A DNA stretch of 64,000 nucleotides from assembly GCA_049513715.1 (NCBI GenBank), contig JBEKVV010000004.1, positions 103,633-167,632 on the forward strand, in the 5' to 3' direction. The notes below the pieces were generated by a model. That model did not search any database. It was given only the letters and a program-made list of their open reading frames with translations, and had not been told where the DNA came from. The translations under genes were made by a program, and so were the position numbers. Position 1 is the stretch's first letter, and every line of letters begins with the position of its first letter. Below are positions 37,206-45,283 of this stretch, piece by piece. Source of the stretch: Candidatus Bathyarchaeia archaeon (GTDB taxonomy: Archaea > Thermoproteota > Bathyarchaeia > 40CM-2-53-6).

Positions 37206-38036
37206 TTATTTTGATGGTCGTGGGATCGGGGCTCCATTCTCCTTCAAAAGCAGAAGCCGTTCTTGAAGAGTTGTATGTGGTGGACAGGTACCAAGGGCTT
37301 TCCATACTAGGAATTTCGTATTCTTCGACAGATTGGCGAATCCCACTCTCATCATCCAGTAATGTAGCTGCTTACGACCCTTAATCCATATCAAGTGAAG
37401 TGGTACTCGACGCATCTGCTTGCTTTGGTATACACTACTATAGAAACGAAAACCCAGGTTCTTGAGCAAGCGAGTGGTGCCACTTGCGAGCGAGGGACTG
37501 CATGTTGAGAAGTTCAAAATGGGATCAGAGTATTCGGATCTTGCGTTCTTGCCAAATGAGAGTGAGCCGTCCGTGTCAAAGAGACCTCTCAAACAAGCTG
37601 AGTAGAACGATTTGTCATTGGAGTCCAGGAGAACGTCGGGTATACGGGCTCTGTACTTGGGCCCAACTGGCAATCCAAGAATCTTGGATTTGAAATAGAA
37701 TACGGCCATGGAGCCGTACATCAGGTTCAGTTCTGACTTTTCAGGGCGCTCGTAAGTGCTACCTCGAAGATTGTAGAGCCGGGAAACAAGCGTCGAAACA
37801 TGCGAAAGGAGGTAATCGCGGTCTTCTCTGTTATGCCCTGTATAGATCCATCGATACTCTGTTCCTCCACGTTTCGGCCTGCAGAACTTCAGTTGGCCGT
37901 CACCCAAATGAATCCCGATTTCCTCCGCAAGCTCTATCGACATTTCTTTGGGGATCGTAACCTGTCTTCGGTCATCATTCCAACTGCGTGGCAGTGTCGA
38001 AGGAATCGGAGGCCTCATCCTTGCATATCGCTCCAA
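37206..38036 (-). mobile_element. Free-standing LAGLIDADG homing endonuclease gene (double-motif)
   Basis: Motifs LAEEIGIHLGDGQL and CLRGLFDTDGSLSF. 276 aa with a TTG start at 38036 (or 270 aa from the ATG at 38018). The stop codon (37206-37208) directly abuts the tRNA-Tyr CCA on the opposite strand. Confidence 0.85.
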
Positions 38037-38130
38037 GAGTGTGAGTAATTGCGACTACTAATGCGAGAGAGCTAGGTGAAACGAATCTGGAATCGTACTA
38101 GTCCTACCGTGCAGTATTCAATGAAGGACA

Positions 38131-38278
38131 GCTGTAGTCCTGTACCTTGATGGTATGGGGAGTTCAGCTTACTAGGCGTACAACGTCTGAAACCGGAGTG
38201 TCGCTGGAGAACCGTTCAATGGTTCGGCGAATTCAAAATGGAGTGCATAACTCTATGAAACTCCGGCCCGCGGGACCA
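38131..38278 (+). pseudogene. Partial second copy of tRNA-Tyr (positions 31-76) with introns at 37/38, 53/54 and 59/60
   Basis: G-CUGUAG (38131-38137)...A-CCGGA-GUGUC-GCUGG[38208-38231]UUCAAA[38238-38261]U-CCGGC-CCGCGGG-A-CCA. No acceptor 5' strand or D-arm lies upstream. Confidence 0.7.
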
Positions 38279-38346
38279 TAACCGAGCTGTAAACGAAACC
38301 GTGTTCAATGACTCTTTCACCCTGAGAGCGGGTTCGTTTCCTGATT

Positions 38347-38823
38347 CTACGTGGTCGGTTTGGATACCTTGTAGAGAAACAGCTTGCGCTCAAGACCACC
38401 ACTGCTTCCTATTGCGACTTTTTCAGGTGTGAAGCCTGGGAGCTCATAGTCAAGAGAAACGATTCTGGCGCCCTCTTTGAGTTCCTGTTTCAGTTTGGGT
38501 GCTAGCTTCGAGTTCACGCTATCTGAGAGGTAGATGATGACGGCGTCGGCAGGGGAAACGTCGACGTCCATGAAGTCTGCTTGGATTACTTGTGCTTCGA
38601 TGCCGGTGGATTTTACGCGTTCCTGAATTCGGGAAACTCGTTCGGGGTCGATCTCGATTCCAACAACCTTCGCCCCGAATTTTCGTGCAGCTTCGATTAG
38701 AATGCGTCCGTCACCGGCTCCCAAGTCGTAGATTGTCTCCCCGCGTCGAATTTGGGCGAGCGAGAGCATCTGGTGCACTATGGATTTTGGTGTTGGAATG
38801 TATGCTACGTCTAAGTCTACCAC
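38347..38823 (-). CDS. Class I SAM-dependent methyltransferase
   Basis: IYDLGAGDGRILIEAA motif I. 158 aa. Confidence 0.75.
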   Translation of the reverse strand: MVDLDVAYIPTPKSIVHQMLSLAQIRRGETIYDLGAGDGRILIEAARKFGAKVVGIEIDPERVSRIQERVKSTGIEAQVIQADFMDVDVSPADAVIIYLSDSVNSKLAPKLKQELKEGARIVSLDYELPGFTPEKVAIGSSGGLERKLFLYKVSKPTT

Positions 38824-38888
38824 TCTATTCGTCCTCGTCGCAAATTCATTTCAGGTCTTCGAGGAGTTGGCGACCCAGAGAAAGAAAG

Positions 38889-40829
38889 CTAACGCTTCCT
38901 CCTGACCGATCGCCTTCGCTTGCGCTTCGAAGGTTTCCTCCGCAGAAACAGCACGAAGGAGGCGGCAGACGCCGCGACGACAGTGATGAGCAATGTCACT
39001 TCATACAGCCAAATCGGAGCTAACACATTCAAATCCAGAAAACCTGTGGAGCCACCAAAATACGGGTTGCCATTGACTGCAACTGTCAGGTTGTGTTCTC
39101 CGAGCTGATACCATCCGAAGGCGAGTGTGATGTTCATTGTTCCATCGACAAGCCTTTGACTTGTAATGAGTTTGTTGTCGAGCCAAATGTCGGCTTGGAG
39201 GTTCGGGAGTAAGTTGCCGAATTCATCTGTGGCTTTGACGGTAATTGTGCTAGGCTGAGCTGCCTGCATGTTTGGTGAACTGGAGAACTGTATTCTGGTG
39301 GCAAGCTTACCCAAGTTCAGGGTTGTCAGCTGGTCGCTGCCCGCAAGGTAGAGATTGCCAAACTTGCCACCTGTAAACAAGAAGCGAATGTAGTATTCAC
39401 CGGGCTTGAGTGCGAAGTGTTCTTCAAAACGTGCAATGCCTTCGTTGTCGGTTTGGTTCGTATCGATGTCATACCATTGTTCGTGGTCGTAATACTGAAG
39501 TTTCACTGGCAGTCCTGAAAGCCTGTTGCCAGATAGGTCTGTAATGGTGGCTGATATTGTTGCTTGCCGTAGGTAGGTGGCGTTTACGGAGCGAGGTGGT
39601 ATGATCTGGGTGTTCTGGAGGGTGAGGCCTGATAGTTTTTGGTTGGCTACGAGCACTGTGAAAGTATCTGCAGTTCTGGATTGGATGGTAATGAATACGT
39701 GCCGGGCCGGGTCTTCGAAGGTTTCTCCGACTTGGTAGGGGGCATCGTTCAGCGTTTTGGTTGATGTGTTCGCGTCCATGACTTGAACGATTCCGCCGCC
39801 AGTGTCGCGTGATTCATCTATTCTCGTGATTAGGACGCCTGAGCTAGGAAGGCTGTCGTCAAACCCCACCCTGTCACGGAGTTCAACCATGTAATAGTCG
39901 GTAGAGCTGTTGGTTGTTATCTTGATTGTTCGAGTTCCGGAGCTTGTTTCTAGCGGGTGGAGTGTTTCACTTTGGATGGAGAGGTTGCCTGTGGAAAGTT
40001 GAACGCTGTCTGGCAGAAGCCATCCCAACTTGACTCTACTCCACGCCTCAAGCTCTGCGGGCGAGGTGCCCGGAGGATTGCCCAGCCACAACCCAGTTGC
40101 CATAAGGGACCACCTCCCCACAAACGGATCTGGTGTGTTAGGGGCGGCGTTCGCGTCGTATAGATCTAGAAGGCCTAGCAAGTGCCCGTACTCATGCGTA
40201 TAGACACCTAATGGAGAATGCCCGTGTGTTTCCATCTCAGGGGCTATTGCGGCGGCGTTGACGACGGCCCCGTTGTTTGCTTGAATCTGCAGGTCATACC
40301 AGTAAGCCTCGGACCAAATGTCGTCGGATGTGGATGCCGCATCCTCTTGTCCTGCTCCTGCGTGAACCACAACGATCTTGGAGTACGCATTGAAGTCAAC
40401 ATCCGCTTCGGCTGCTGTGATTGCGTCTCTGATCAATTGGACAGGGTTTGCATCGCTTCCCGGCTGCGATGGGTTGAGGTCAGCGCCGTAGAAGGACATA
40501 GGGTTAGGAAGCTGATACCAGCCTACGGTTTTCCCGATAACTTGGATTTCGCCGTATGAAACGTCGGAGTAGTATTTCGCCATCTGGTTGAAAATCATAT
40601 TGTCAATTGCAGTTTTGTTGGCCGTGTGTTTGACATCGGAGAATTCAACTAGAATCGCAAGCGTGTTTTGTGGACCTGAGGCAGGGGAGACTGGAGGGTA
40701 GTACTGAGGTCCAACGCCCTTCACCCCCAGAAGGTTGGGGCGCATTGCGGCTGCGTAGTCAGGACGCATGGACGAGGCTAATACGCAGAAGAGAAAGACC
40801 ACGGCGATGAGTACTTTTGAGGTTTTCAT
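38889..40829 (-). CDS. Secreted M6 (immune inhibitor A-like) metallopeptidase with Ig-like repeats and C-terminal TM/basic tail
   Basis: Signal peptide, HEYGHLLGL zinc motif, C-terminal TM followed by RRKPSKRKRRRSVRRKR. Confidence 0.7.
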   Translation of the reverse strand: MKTSKVLIAVVFLFCVLASSMRPDYAAAMRPNLLGVKGVGPQYYPPVSPASGPQNTLAILVEFSDVKHTANKTAIDNMIFNQMAKYYSDVSYGEIQVIGKTVGWYQLPNPMSFYGADLNPSQPGSDANPVQLIRDAITAAEADVDFNAYSKIVVVHAGAGQEDAASTSDDIWSEAYWYDLQIQANNGAVVNAAAIAPEMETHGHSPLGVYTHEYGHLLGLLDLYDANAAPNTPDPFVGRWSLMATGLWLGNPPGTSPAELEAWSRVKLGWLLPDSVQLSTGNLSIQSETLHPLETSSGTRTIKITTNSSTDYYMVELRDRVGFDDSLPSSGVLITRIDESRDTGGGIVQVMDANTSTKTLNDAPYQVGETFEDPARHVFITIQSRTADTFTVLVANQKLSGLTLQNTQIIPPRSVNATYLRQATISATITDLSGNRLSGLPVKLQYYDHEQWYDIDTNQTDNEGIARFEEHFALKPGEYYIRFLFTGGKFGNLYLAGSDQLTTLNLGKLATRIQFSSSPNMQAAQPSTITVKATDEFGNLLPNLQADIWLDNKLITSQRLVDGTMNITLAFGWYQLGEHNLTVAVNGNPYFGGSTGFLDLNVLAPIWLYEVTLLITVVAASAASFVLFLRRKPSKRKRRRSVRRKR

Positions 40830-40918
40830 TCCGACAGGACCCGGTTGCTAATGGGAGAAGGTCAAACAGGAAACAACCCGAACACTTTAAACTCTCTTGA
40901 GGATTTGTATGAAACCGG

Positions 40919-41024
40919 GCCCTGGTCGTTCAGTGGTCTAGGATGACGGCCTGTCACGTCGTCGACGCGGGTTCGAATCCCGCCCAAAGGAGCGGAAAGA
41001 ATCTTCTCCTGGCGAGGGGCGCCA
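40919..41024 (+). tRNA. tRNA-Asp(GUC) with a 30-nt intron in the 3' strand of the acceptor stem (68/69)
   Basis: GCCCUGG-UC-GUUC...GGAU-G-ACGGC-CUGUCAC-GUCGU-CGAC-GCGGG-UUCGAAU-CCCGC-CCA[40987-41016]GGGC-G-CCA. BHB: CGCC/GGCG helix, bulges CAA and AGG, AGGAG/CUCCU hairpin. Confidence 0.8.
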
Positions 41025-41040
41025 ACCCGCGTACCCACGA

Positions 41041-41181
41041 CTACTCATCAAGGCCGGACAGCTTTTTCATGTCCATGTTGCTGAGTTTCTTGCTTTTGCA
41101 GCGGGGGCAGGAGGGTTCTTTGGCGTTTGTGAGAAATTCGTAGCTGCAATCATTGCACGCGTAGAAGGCCGCTTTGTCCAA
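41041..41181 (-). CDS. Small zinc-ribbon protein (46 aa, below ORF-track cutoff)
   Basis: Reverse-strand TTG start: (M)DKAAFYACNDCSYEFLTNAKEPSCPRCKSKKLSNMDMKKLSGLDE, with CxxC...CxxC. Confidence 0.35.
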   Translation of the reverse strand: MDKAAFYACNDCSYEFLTNAKEPSCPRCKSKKLSNMDMKKLSGLDE

Positions 41182-41261
41182 GATTGTACCCGTGTTTCAC
41201 TGTGTTCTTACTCAGTCATTAAATATCATTTTGCTGGTTTTGCTGGCGGTTTTGATTTACC

Positions 41262-42203
41262 ATGATGCCAGTTAATGAGAAGGATGTCGTAGCGGCAATC
41301 GAGAAAGTGAGCCCTGCGGTCGTGTCCATCGCAACCCTTAGGGTCATTCAGGAGAACCTGTTTGATGCTGTTCCAGTTCGCGGCTTGGGCTCGGGTATTA
41401 TTTTCGATTCTAACGGTGGGATACTTACGAACCACCATATCGTTGAGGACGCTGAGAGGGTTCAGGTGGTTACTGCGAACGGGAAGAAGTTCCAGGGAGA
41501 GGTGTTGGGCTCTGATGCGATGTCGGATGTGGCTGTGGTCAGGGTGGATGGCGAGGGATTGCCTGCCGTTAGGCTTGGGGATTCCGATAAGTTGGTTGTG
41601 GGTCAAATTGCGATCGCAATCGGTAACCCGTACGGGTTTCTTCTACCCGGGCCGACGGCGACGGTTGGTGTAATCAGTGCTCTGCAACGGCATCTCCACG
41701 TTGAGAACCACATGTACGAGGACCTGATTCAAACCGACGCTTCAATCAACCCAGGAAACAGCGGCGGCCCCTTGGTGGACAGCTCAGGCCAAGTCATTGG
41801 CGTCAACACGGCTAACATACCGTTCGCGCAGGGCATAGGGTTCGCGATACCAATCAATAATGCGCGGAAGATTGCGAAGGAAATAATCCAGCACGGACGC
41901 GTCCCGCGACCGTACCTAGGTATCTCAGGCCTGACTCTGAACCGAGACATAGCCGAATCCTACAATATTCCACACGAGAAGGGAGTGCTGGTGGTTAGGG
42001 TGGGGAGGGGTAGCCCAGCCCATAGGGGTGGCATGTCAGCCGGAGATGTGATTCTTGAGGTCGACAAGAAACCTCTGAAGGCTTGGGAGGATTTGCAGCA
42101 TGTGGTTCAGGAGAAGAAGGTGGGAGAGAGTTTGGAATTGTTCGTGGGCCGCGACCAAGAGCAAGGCAAGATGAACATAGTCCTGGAGGAAGCGGCCAGG
42201 TAA
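41262..42203 (+). CDS. HtrA/DegP-family serine protease with PDZ domain
   Basis: TNHHIV, D, and GNSGGPL catalytic triad context. C-terminal PDZ (GSPAHRGGMSAGDVILEV). Confidence 0.85.
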   Translation: MMPVNEKDVVAAIEKVSPAVVSIATLRVIQENLFDAVPVRGLGSGIIFDSNGGILTNHHIVEDAERVQVVTANGKKFQGEVLGSDAMSDVAVVRVDGEGLPAVRLGDSDKLVVGQIAIAIGNPYGFLLPGPTATVGVISALQRHLHVENHMYEDLIQTDASINPGNSGGPLVDSSGQVIGVNTANIPFAQGIGFAIPINNARKIAKEIIQHGRVPRPYLGISGLTLNRDIAESYNIPHEKGVLVVRVGRGSPAHRGGMSAGDVILEVDKKPLKAWEDLQHVVQEKKVGESLELFVGRDQEQGKMNIVLEEAAR

Positions 42204-42492
42204 ATCTTCGTCCTAGCCACAGATTGGCGCCATTTTTCCTTTCTATTATTGTTGAGTAGGGGGGAGGGGGCAGTAGGGCAGTATGGGCCCCATCGTCGTG
42301 TTTCGGGATAAGATTTAAGCCAGTCATACTGGACGACAGACCTGAATCCAAACTAGGTTGCTGATTCCTCCGCCCTCCGGGGACTGGATCCAGTACTCCA
42401 ACCTCTGAGCACCAACCAAGCCACGATTCGGGCTTTCTGGTGTTTTGCTGGCGGCTTGGCCGTAGCCTGTGATTCTTGTCGCGTGATCTTGG

Positions 42493-42828
42493 TTGGTGTT
42501 GTTCTTGAGGAAGAGTGTTCTTCGTATCTGGATTCGACAGCGTGAACTAGATCTGTTGGATGAATTGGCGAAACGCCTCGGGTTGCCCTCTAGAAGCCGA
42601 CTTACAAACATCGCTCTGCAGTTCTTTTTCGAGCTAAACCATGAAGATCTCCCTGCTGCGGGGCAGAGGCGCAGGGTCAAGATATTGTTGGATCCATCAA
42701 TCAAAGAAGAACTGGACGAGCTCTCCACATGCTTGCTCATTCGAAAAGCTTACCTGACGAAGATCGCGCTCAACGAATTCACACGTCGTTACCGGGCGAC
42801 TTCTGTTCAACGAGATCATGAACCCTAG
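42493..42828 (+). CDS. Tandem ribbon-helix-helix (CopG-like) DNA-binding protein
   Basis: Two RHH units: LRIWIRQRELDLLDELAKRLGLPSRSRLTNIALQFF and VKILLDPSIKEELDELSTCLLIRKAYLTKIALNEF. Confidence 0.6.
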   Translation: MVLFLRKSVLRIWIRQRELDLLDELAKRLGLPSRSRLTNIALQFFFELNHEDLPAAGQRRRVKILLDPSIKEELDELSTCLLIRKAYLTKIALNEFTRRYRATSVQRDHEP

Positions 42829-42908
42829 CCGTACGTTAGGCCGCCTAACACAGTTTCGATTCCAGCCACCTTTCGTCAAGGGAATGGATCAGGTCGGGGT
42901 TATCTGAG

Positions 42909-43289
42909 ATGGCAAATGAGTCGCATAAAAGCGACGATCCAGAAGTTGACATTCAGCAGGTAATCTGCAAATTAGTGCTAGCTCTGAAGCGATTGGAGGG
43001 CTACAATCCGGTTCTAGATCTGCCGCTCATTGAGGAGGTAGCCCGCAGCGCGGCTTTCATCAGACTCGGCGAAAGCTTCCTGATCAATCCGAAATGCTCT
43101 CCGGGAACGTACGCCAGTATTTCTGATGGGATAGCGAAGCATGCGTCCAGAATGCGCCAAGCCATGAAGGAGCTGGCAGCTACGAGAGCGGAGCGAATGC
43201 GCTACCAAACTGCAACGGCACAAGCCGCGCAGGTCAAAGAGATCGTGGATAAGATCATTCACCAGGAGAATGAGCATGACAGCGCGTGA
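42909..43289 (+). CDS. Hypothetical protein (possible small terminase/packaging accessory)
   Basis: 126 aa, helical C-terminus. The 3' end overlaps the TerL start by 20 nt, suggesting an operon. Confidence 0.4.
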   Translation: MANESHKSDDPEVDIQQVICKLVLALKRLEGYNPVLDLPLIEEVARSAAFIRLGESFLINPKCSPGTYASISDGIAKHASRMRQAMKELAATRAERMRYQTATAQAAQVKEIVDKIIHQENEHDSA

Positions 43290-44613
43290 AAGATTCCGAG
43301 AAGAGGTAAGTAAGGCTAAGTGGAATGCGGCCTACTTTGCCGAAATCTTCCTCTCTCTGAGACCGTTTCCATACCAAGTCGACTTTCTCAGGGACGATGG
43401 AAAAGAGATTGCCGCGGCATGCGGTCGCCAGGTTGGAAAGACCACCCTAGCCGCAATCAAGGGTTTGCATTTTGCCTTCTTCCATCCAGACGTGACTGTG
43501 CTGATCATCAGCTCCACGCTCCGCCAAAGCATGATCCTGTTCGCAAAGATCCGCTCAATGACAGAGTCGAACCCAATTCTCCGAATGAAAGTGAAGAACT
43601 CGAACCGGACAACAATTGAATTCGATCACGGCAGCCGAATCGTGGCGTTGCCCTGCGGACCGACCGGTTACAGCCTACGAGGCCACACCGCGGACATGAT
43701 CATCCTAGATGAAGCGAACTTCGTGCCGGAAGAGATTGTGGACGGCGTCGTAAGGCCCATGCTCATCGCCAAACCCAACTCAAGACTCATCATGGTCTCC
43801 ACACCTTGGACTCGAAACCATCCATTCTACCGAGCCATCTCTGAGAAGGGTCGAGGATTTCATGTCTACAGATGGCCGACAAGCCTCAGCCCACTAGTCT
43901 CCGCGGAGAAGCTTCAAGCCGACCGCAACGCCCTCGACGCTCTCACATTCAGAAGAGAGTACGAAGCCCAGTTCGTCGAAGAAAACGATTCCTATTTCCC
44001 AACCCACCTCATCTCGCAGTGCGTAGACGGAAGCTATGAACTCCTGGAGGATCAGGACGTTCTCCAAACCGAACACAAAGGCGTCTTTCACCTGGGCGTG
44101 GATTTTGGGAAGCGGGTTGACCACAGTGTCCTAGCTGTTCTTGAGGAATCCGCAGGCCGACTTCAACGCTTAGTCTATCTAAAACAGTTCCCGCTGCAAA
44201 CAAATTACGCAACGGTAATCGGCTGGATTCGCCGCCTCAACGAGGGTTTCGGATTCGAGAGTGTAACCCTAGACCAGACAGGAGTCGGAGAAGCACCAGT
44301 CGAAGACGTGAAAACCTTCCTTCCAAACGCTGAAGGCGTCATTCTGACGAACAAGATGAAACTGGATATTCTATCGAACCTGCAACTTCTCATGCAACAT
44401 GAGAGGTTGAAGATACCGCTCGAAAAGACCATAATCACCCAGATCAACGAGCAGCAATACGAGATCAATAAGACAGGGGAACTAATCTTCTCACACCCAA
44501 CCCGATCACACGACGACAAACTCTGGGCTTTGGTTTTTTCAGCTTGGGGAGCCAGAAAACCACCTCGCCCAAGCTTCTTGCCAATAACCCGCTCCTTTGG
44601 ACTAAGACCCTAA
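43270..44613 (+). CDS. terL: Terminase large subunit-like ATPase/nuclease (TerL)
   Basis: Walker A CGRQVGKTT, Walker B ADMIILDEA, and RNase-H-like nuclease acidic residues (GVDFGKRVDHS, LDQTGVGEA, SHDDKLWAL). Confidence 0.8.
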   Translation: MSMTARERFREEVSKAKWNAAYFAEIFLSLRPFPYQVDFLRDDGKEIAAACGRQVGKTTLAAIKGLHFAFFHPDVTVLIISSTLRQSMILFAKIRSMTESNPILRMKVKNSNRTTIEFDHGSRIVALPCGPTGYSLRGHTADMIILDEANFVPEEIVDGVVRPMLIAKPNSRLIMVSTPWTRNHPFYRAISEKGRGFHVYRWPTSLSPLVSAEKLQADRNALDALTFRREYEAQFVEENDSYFPTHLISQCVDGSYELLEDQDVLQTEHKGVFHLGVDFGKRVDHSVLAVLEESAGRLQRLVYLKQFPLQTNYATVIGWIRRLNEGFGFESVTLDQTGVGEAPVEDVKTFLPNAEGVILTNKMKLDILSNLQLLMQHERLKIPLEKTIITQINEQQYEINKTGELIFSHPTRSHDDKLWALVFSAWGARKPPRPSFLPITRSFGLRP

Positions 44614-44747
44614 CTGATCGAAATGATTGCCGGAACATGTAACGACTCAGCCGGTGACCACTTTGGGTCTATGGGCAATCTTGTCAGGATCGCTGATTCT
44701 CGGGTCTTGGAAAAGTTTAGGTAGTCTCACCCCTTGCTCGTGTGGTA

Positions 44748-44942
44748 GGGCCCGTAGCTCAGTCAGATCCACGCAAAATGGATCCTAGATAGGTAGAGCA
44801 TCGGAAACACCGTGCAATTCCACGGGTGTTGGTGATGCTTTTACCCTGGGTTTCTGGAACCTTAGGGAAGCCACCCGAAAAGACACCGCTTAACCGCGGT
44901 CTTGGGGAAGGGTCCCGGGTTCAAATCCCGGCGGGCCCGCCA
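44748..44942 (+). tRNA. tRNA-Lys(UUU) with four insertions (D-loop, 30/31, 37/38, 43/44)
   Basis: GGGCCCG-UA-GCUC-AGUC[about 25 nt]UAGGUA-GAGC-A-UCGG[44805-44836]G-CUUUUA[44844-44872]A-CCCGA[44879-44909]GGGUC-CCGGG-UUCAAAU-CCCGG-CGGGCCC-G-CCA. The last three have clear BHBs. Confidence 0.85.
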
Positions 44943-45137
44943 CCTTCACTGAGTGGCTGTACCATTTTCTTGATGCCAGCAGGACAAAGTCCTCCCGCGA
45001 GTAGCCACCATCAGTCTTACGTGAGCATATGCCAGGATTTTTTCTGGTTTGGCGTTTGGAGCGAGCTGTCGTCAAAGACACCGCTCCCTTGACCACACTA
45101 GAACAATTCCTCAGCCCGACTTGTATTCTGCAGCGCA

Positions 45138-45160
45138 GGGCCCGTAGTTTAGTCAAGGTG
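45138..45160 (+). other. Isolated tRNA 5'-end fragment (similar to the tRNA-Lys 5' end)
   Basis: GGGCCCGUAGUUUAGUCAAGGUG compares with GGGCCCGUAGCUCAGUCAG of the gene at 44748. No matching 3' half follows. Confidence 0.45.
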
Positions 45161-45283
45161 AGTCCGACTGTTTTCGTACACTTTTAGTGGGTGAGTGGCG
45201 TGACTGAGCCTAGGCAACGCGGAAGGCTATCTCAGCGCAAAGTCTCTTTAGTAAATCCAAAAGCTAGTCGTTTCGGGTCTATT

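Noticed and set aside
38131-38278. Partial tRNA-Tyr copy as the 3' half of a split (trans-spliced) tRNA
   Set aside because: The sequence upstream of G31 (38037-38130) is not complementary to the 5' intron arm of the complete gene. I cannot build a 30/31 BHB from it, and its 37/38 BHB is degraded. A displaced or duplicated remnant is more likely. Only RNA data can exclude use of this copy.
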